Virus record (IMG/VR): IMGVR_UViG_2687453454_000003
Location: 1,823-65,822 of that record
From: a virus
Taxonomy: Duplodnaviria > Heunggongvirae > Uroviricota > Caudoviricetes
Direction: 5' to 3' (one strand)
DNA length: 64,000 bases
A model generated the notes under the pieces. It made no database searches and had not been told where the DNA came from. It saw only the letters and a list, made by a program, of their open reading frames with translations. A program made the position numbers and the translations under genes. Shown piece by piece: positions 60,848 to 64,000 of this stretch; position 1 is the stretch's first letter, and each line of letters begins with the position of its first letter.

Positions 60848-61152
60848 TGACCACTTTTACCGACAAAGAACTGATTAAAGAAATTAAAGAGCGTATCAGC
60901 AGCCTTGACGTGCGAGACGATATTGAGCGCCGTGCTTATGAAATCGCACTCCTATCTCTAGAAGTAGAACCAGATGAACGCGAAGCTTATGAATTATTCA
61001 TGGAAAAGCGTTTCGGTGACTTAGTAGATCGTCGGAGAGCAAAAAACGGCGATAACGAATACATGGCATGGGATATGACTCTCGGTTGGATCGTCTGGCA
61101 GCAACGAGCTGGTATCCATTTTTCAACAATGTCACAGCAAGAGGTGAAATAA
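60847..61152 (+). CDS. YfdT-like hypothetical protein (101 aa)
   Basis: Size and order; ATGA-type coupling to the next gene. Confidence 0.45.
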   Translation: MTTFTDKELIKEIKERISSLDVRDDIERRAYEIALLSLEVEPDEREAYELFMEKRFGDLVDRRRAKNGDNEYMAWDMTLGWIVWQQRAGIHFSTMSQQEVK

Positions 61153-61502
61153 TGGAGCCATACAGCCTCACACTCGATGAGGCCTGTCATTTTCTCAAGA
61201 TATCCAGACCGACTGCCATTAACTGGATACGCACAGGGCGTCTTCAGGCAACACGCAAAGATCCCACTAAGAATAAATCTCCTTACCTCACAACACGACA
61301 AGCCTGCATTGCGGCTCTTCAGTCTCCGCTGCATACTGTCCAGGTGAGCGCGGGTGATGGCATAACAGAGGAAAGAAAATGTCACTCTTCCGCAGAGGTG
61401 AAATATGGTACGCCAGTTTCACATTGCCGAACGGTAAAAGATTTAAACAGTCTCTTGGAACAAAGGACAAAAGGCAGGCGACAGAACTCCATGACAAGCT
61501 AA
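61152..61502 (+). CDS. xis: excisionase-like HTH protein (Xis/AlpA-type)
   Basis: Start at internal ATG 61152; [29 protein letters not shown]; overlaps the int start, as xis-int commonly do; C-terminal extent uncertain. Confidence 0.5.
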   Translation: MEPYSLTLDEACHFLKISRPTAINWIRTGRLQATRKDPTKNKSPYLTTRQACIAALQSPLHTVQVSAGDGITEERKCHSSAEVKYGTPVSHCRTVKDLNSLLEQRTKGRRQNSMTS

Positions 61503-62542
61503 AGGCTGAAGCATGGCGGGTCAGCAAACTTGGTGAAATACCTGATATAACGTTCGAGGAAGCGTGTGTCAGGTGGCTTGAAGAGAAAGCACATAAAAAA
61601 TCACTGGACGATGACAAAAGCCGGATCGGATTCTGGCTTCAACATTTCGCAGGAATGCAACTAAGAGACATTACTGAATCAAAAATTTATTCAGCAATGC
61701 AGAAAATGACGAACCGGCGTCATGAGGAAAACTGGAAACTTAGGGCAGAAGCATGCAGAAAAAAAGGGAAACCTGTTCCAGAATACACGCCAAAACCAGC
61801 GTCCGTTGCAACGAAGGCTACGCATCTTTCATTTATAAAGGCCCTACTAAGAGCCGCAGAGCGTGAATGGAAAATGCTGGATAAGGCACCAATTATTAAA
61901 GTGCCTCAACCAAAGAATAAACGGATCCGCTGGCTGGAGCCCCATGAAGCACAAAGGCTGATTGATGAATGTCCGGAGCCATTAAAGTCTGTTGTTGAAT
62001 TTGCACTGGCAACAGGCTTAAGACGCTCGAACATCATCAACCTTGAATGGCAACAAATAGATATGCAGCGCCGGGTGGCATGGATAAATCCGGAAGAGAG
62101 TAAATCAAACCGCGCAATCGGCGTTGCGCTGAATGATACTGCATGTCGCGTTTTGAAAAAACAAATCGGGAATCATCACCGTTGGGTATTTGTGTACAAG
62201 GAAAGCTGTACCAAACCAGACGGAACGAAAGCGCCAACAGTAAGGAAGATGCGGTATGACGCAAACACAGCCTGGAAAGCGGCGCTGAGACGGGCTGGTA
62301 TTGATGATTTCAGATTTCACGACTTGAGACACACCTGGGCAAGTTGGCTGGTTCAAGCCGGAGTCCCGTTGTCAGTGTTACAGGAAATGGGAGGCTGGGA
62401 GTCTATCGAAATGGTTCGTCGATATGCTCACCTTGCACCTAATCACCTTACCGAACACGCACGGCAAATAGACTCGATCCTGAACCCATCGGTCCCAAAT
62501 TTGTCCCAGTCAAAAAATAAGGAAGGTACTAATGACGTGTAA
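61379..62542 (+). CDS. int: tyrosine integrase of the lambdoid prophage
   Basis: 387 aa; N-terminus [31 protein letters not shown] typical of phage integrases; catalytic region [15 protein letters not shown]...VRRYAHL; ends 15 bp from the tRNA 3' end. Confidence 0.9.
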   Translation: MSLFRRGEIWYASFTLPNGKRFKQSLGTKDKRQATELHDKLKAEAWRVSKLGEIPDITFEEACVRWLEEKAHKKSLDDDKSRIGFWLQHFAGMQLRDITESKIYSAMQKMTNRRHEENWKLRAEACRKKGKPVPEYTPKPASVATKATHLSFIKALLRAAEREWKMLDKAPIIKVPQPKNKRIRWLEPHEAQRLIDECPEPLKSVVEFALATGLRRSNIINLEWQQIDMQRRVAWINPEESKSNRAIGVALNDTACRVLKKQIGNHHRWVFVYKESCTKPDGTKAPTVRKMRYDANTAWKAALRRAGIDDFRFHDLRHTWASWLVQAGVPLSVLQEMGGWESIEMVRRYAHLAPNHLTEHARQIDSILNPSVPNLSQSKNKEGTNDV

Positions 62543-62556
62543 CTTATTGATTTAAA

Positions 62557-62632
62557 TGGTGCCGATAATAGGAGTCGAACCTACGACCTTCGCATTACGA
62601 ATGCGCTGCTCTACCAACTGAGCTATATCGGC
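62557..62632 (-). tRNA. thrW: tRNA-Thr (anticodon CGU), thrW-type; its 3' 46 nt form the attachment-site core
   Basis: RC reads GCCGATATAGCTCAGTTGGTAGAGCAGCGCATTCGTAATGCGAAGGTCGTAGGTTCGACTCCTATTATCGGCACCA: 7-bp acceptor stem, D-loop, anticodon loop uuCGUaa, T-loop GGTTCGACTCC, 3' CCA. Confidence 0.95.
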
Positions 62633-62746
62633 CCTGAAAGGACATGTTCACGAACGTGAATCACGGTGGGCAAGGTTAAAACTAACCGGGCGATGCGTCA
62701 ATGGCCTTGTGAATCAAATGGCTACTTTTGCATCACCCGGTTTTAT

Positions 62747-64000
62747 TTACGCACGAATGGTGTAATCACCAATGCCGATCCACTTGTAAGTGGTCAGTGC
62801 TTCCAGCCCCATTGGGCCACGCGCGTGGAGTTTTTGTGTGCTTACCGCCACTTCCGCACCCAGACCAAACTGGCCGCCGTCGGTAAAACGCGTAGAGGCG
62901 TTAACGTAAACAGCGGACGAATCCACTTCGTTAACAAAACGCTGGGCGTTGCGCATATCGCGGGTCAGGATCGCATCGGAGTGTTGTGTGCCGTGTTCAC
63001 GAATATGGGCGATGGCATCGTCAAGATCGCTGACGATTTTGACGTTCAAATCTAATGACAGAAACTCATCGTCATACTCTTCGGCTTTAACAGCAACCAC
63101 CTTCGCAGGGCCTGCCTGCAACTGCGCCAGTGCAGCTGCATCTGCGTGTAATGTCACGCCGCTTTCCGCCATTTGTTTGCTTAATGCGGGCAGGAAGCTA
63201 TCGGCGATGTTTTTATTCACCAGCAACGTTTCAACCGTATTACATGTGCTCGGACGCTGAGTTTTCGCGTTGACGATCACTTTTAATGCTTCAGCGATCT
63301 CTACACTTTCATCAACGTAAATATGGCATACGCCTATACCACCTGTGATCACCGGGATTGTCGACTGTTCACGGCACAGTTTATGCAAACCAGCGCCACC
63401 ACGCGGGATCAGCATGTCGATGTATTTATCCATACGCAGCATTTCACTGACCAGCGCACGGTCAGGATTATCAATCGCCTGCACGGCACCCGCCGGTAAG
63501 CCGCAGGATTTCAGGGCGTCCTGAATCACCGCCACCGTTGCAGCGTTAGTGCGACACGTTTCTTTGCCACCGCGCAGGATCACCGCATTACCGGTTTTCA
63601 GGCACAGCGAAGCGACATCAACCGTCACGTTCGGGCGCGCTTCATAAATCACGCCAATAACCCCCAGCGGTACGCGACGACGCTCAAGACGCAGGCCGCT
63701 GTCCAGTACGCCGCCATCGATTACCTGCCCCACCGGATCGGCGAGGTTGCACACCTGACGTACATCGTCGGCAATGCCTTTCAGCCGTGCGGGCGTCAGT
63801 GCCAGACGGTCAAGCATCGCTTCGCTAAGGCCATTGGCTCGCGCGTCAGCAACATCCTGGGCGTTAGCGTTGAGGATGATTTCGCTTTGTGCTTCCAGTT
63901 CATCGGCGATTTTTTCCAGCACGCGATTTTTTTCGCGGCTGGAGAGTTGCGCTAATTTATACGAGGCTTGCTTCGCGGCAATGCCCATTTGTTCCAGCAT
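62747..64000 (-). CDS. proA: gamma-glutamyl phosphate reductase
   Basis: 417-aa ORF beginning [20 protein letters not shown], matching the enterobacterial ProA N-terminus and length; start codon at the window edge (63998-64000); followed by thrW as in E. coli. Confidence 0.95.

Larger units (their letters stand above)
16174..62602. mobile_element. lambdoid prophage (about 46.4 kb) integrated into the tRNA-Thr 3' end
   Basis: Bounded by 46-bp direct repeats; int next to the tRNA; complete lambda-like gene order from int through immunity, replication, Q, lysis, head, tail to stf/tfa. Confidence 0.85.

Noticed and set aside
1-64000. CRISPR arrays or other short regularly spaced repeats
   Set aside because: None seen; the only regular repeats are the iterons, the att duplication and the stf coding repeats

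Overview
The window is an E. coli-like chromosomal segment ending at proA and tRNA-Thr(CGU) (thrW-type, 62557-62632, minus strand), with two integrative elements inserted in tandem at the tRNA 3' end. All calls come from reading the six-frame translations and the DNA by eye; no database search was run, so family names are recollections of motifs and gene order.

Element A (16174-62602, about 46.4 kb) is a lambdoid prophage bounded by a perfect 46-bp direct repeat of the tRNA 3' end. It carries int/xis, an early-left operon (YfdQ/YfdR/YfdS/YfdT-like), a cI/cro switch with TTGC-N7-GCAA operator-like dyads, an O-like replication initiator with iterons inside the gene, a Dam-type methylase, a frameshifted rusA, a KilA-N antirepressor, DUF968, a small Q-like antiterminator, an orphan DPPY methyltransferase, a phage-21-type lysis cassette (dual-start pinholin, SAR endolysin, Rz with embedded Rz1), and lambda-like packaging, head and tail genes through J, lom, stf and tfa.

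Element B (1-16219, left boundary not in view) is a P4/CP4-57-like integrative element with its own P4-type integrase, an int-proximal AT-rich ORF, AlpA, an antirepressor-like gene, an array of small translationally coupled genes, a P4 alpha-like primase-helicase, an iteron cluster and a distal operon of unknown proteins with glycine-zipper segments.

The best candidates for an undescribed (defence-type) system are three AT-rich cargo ORFs: a ~1050-aa metallophosphoesterase + P-loop NTPase fusion in the Q-to-lysis moron site (47282-50434, opposite strand to the late genes, with a divergent small wHTH gene); a 1083-aa ORF (16643-19894) beside an integrase fragment at the att-proximal end of prophage A; and the 293-aa int-proximal ORF of element B (13770-14651). 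None could be matched to a named system by eye.
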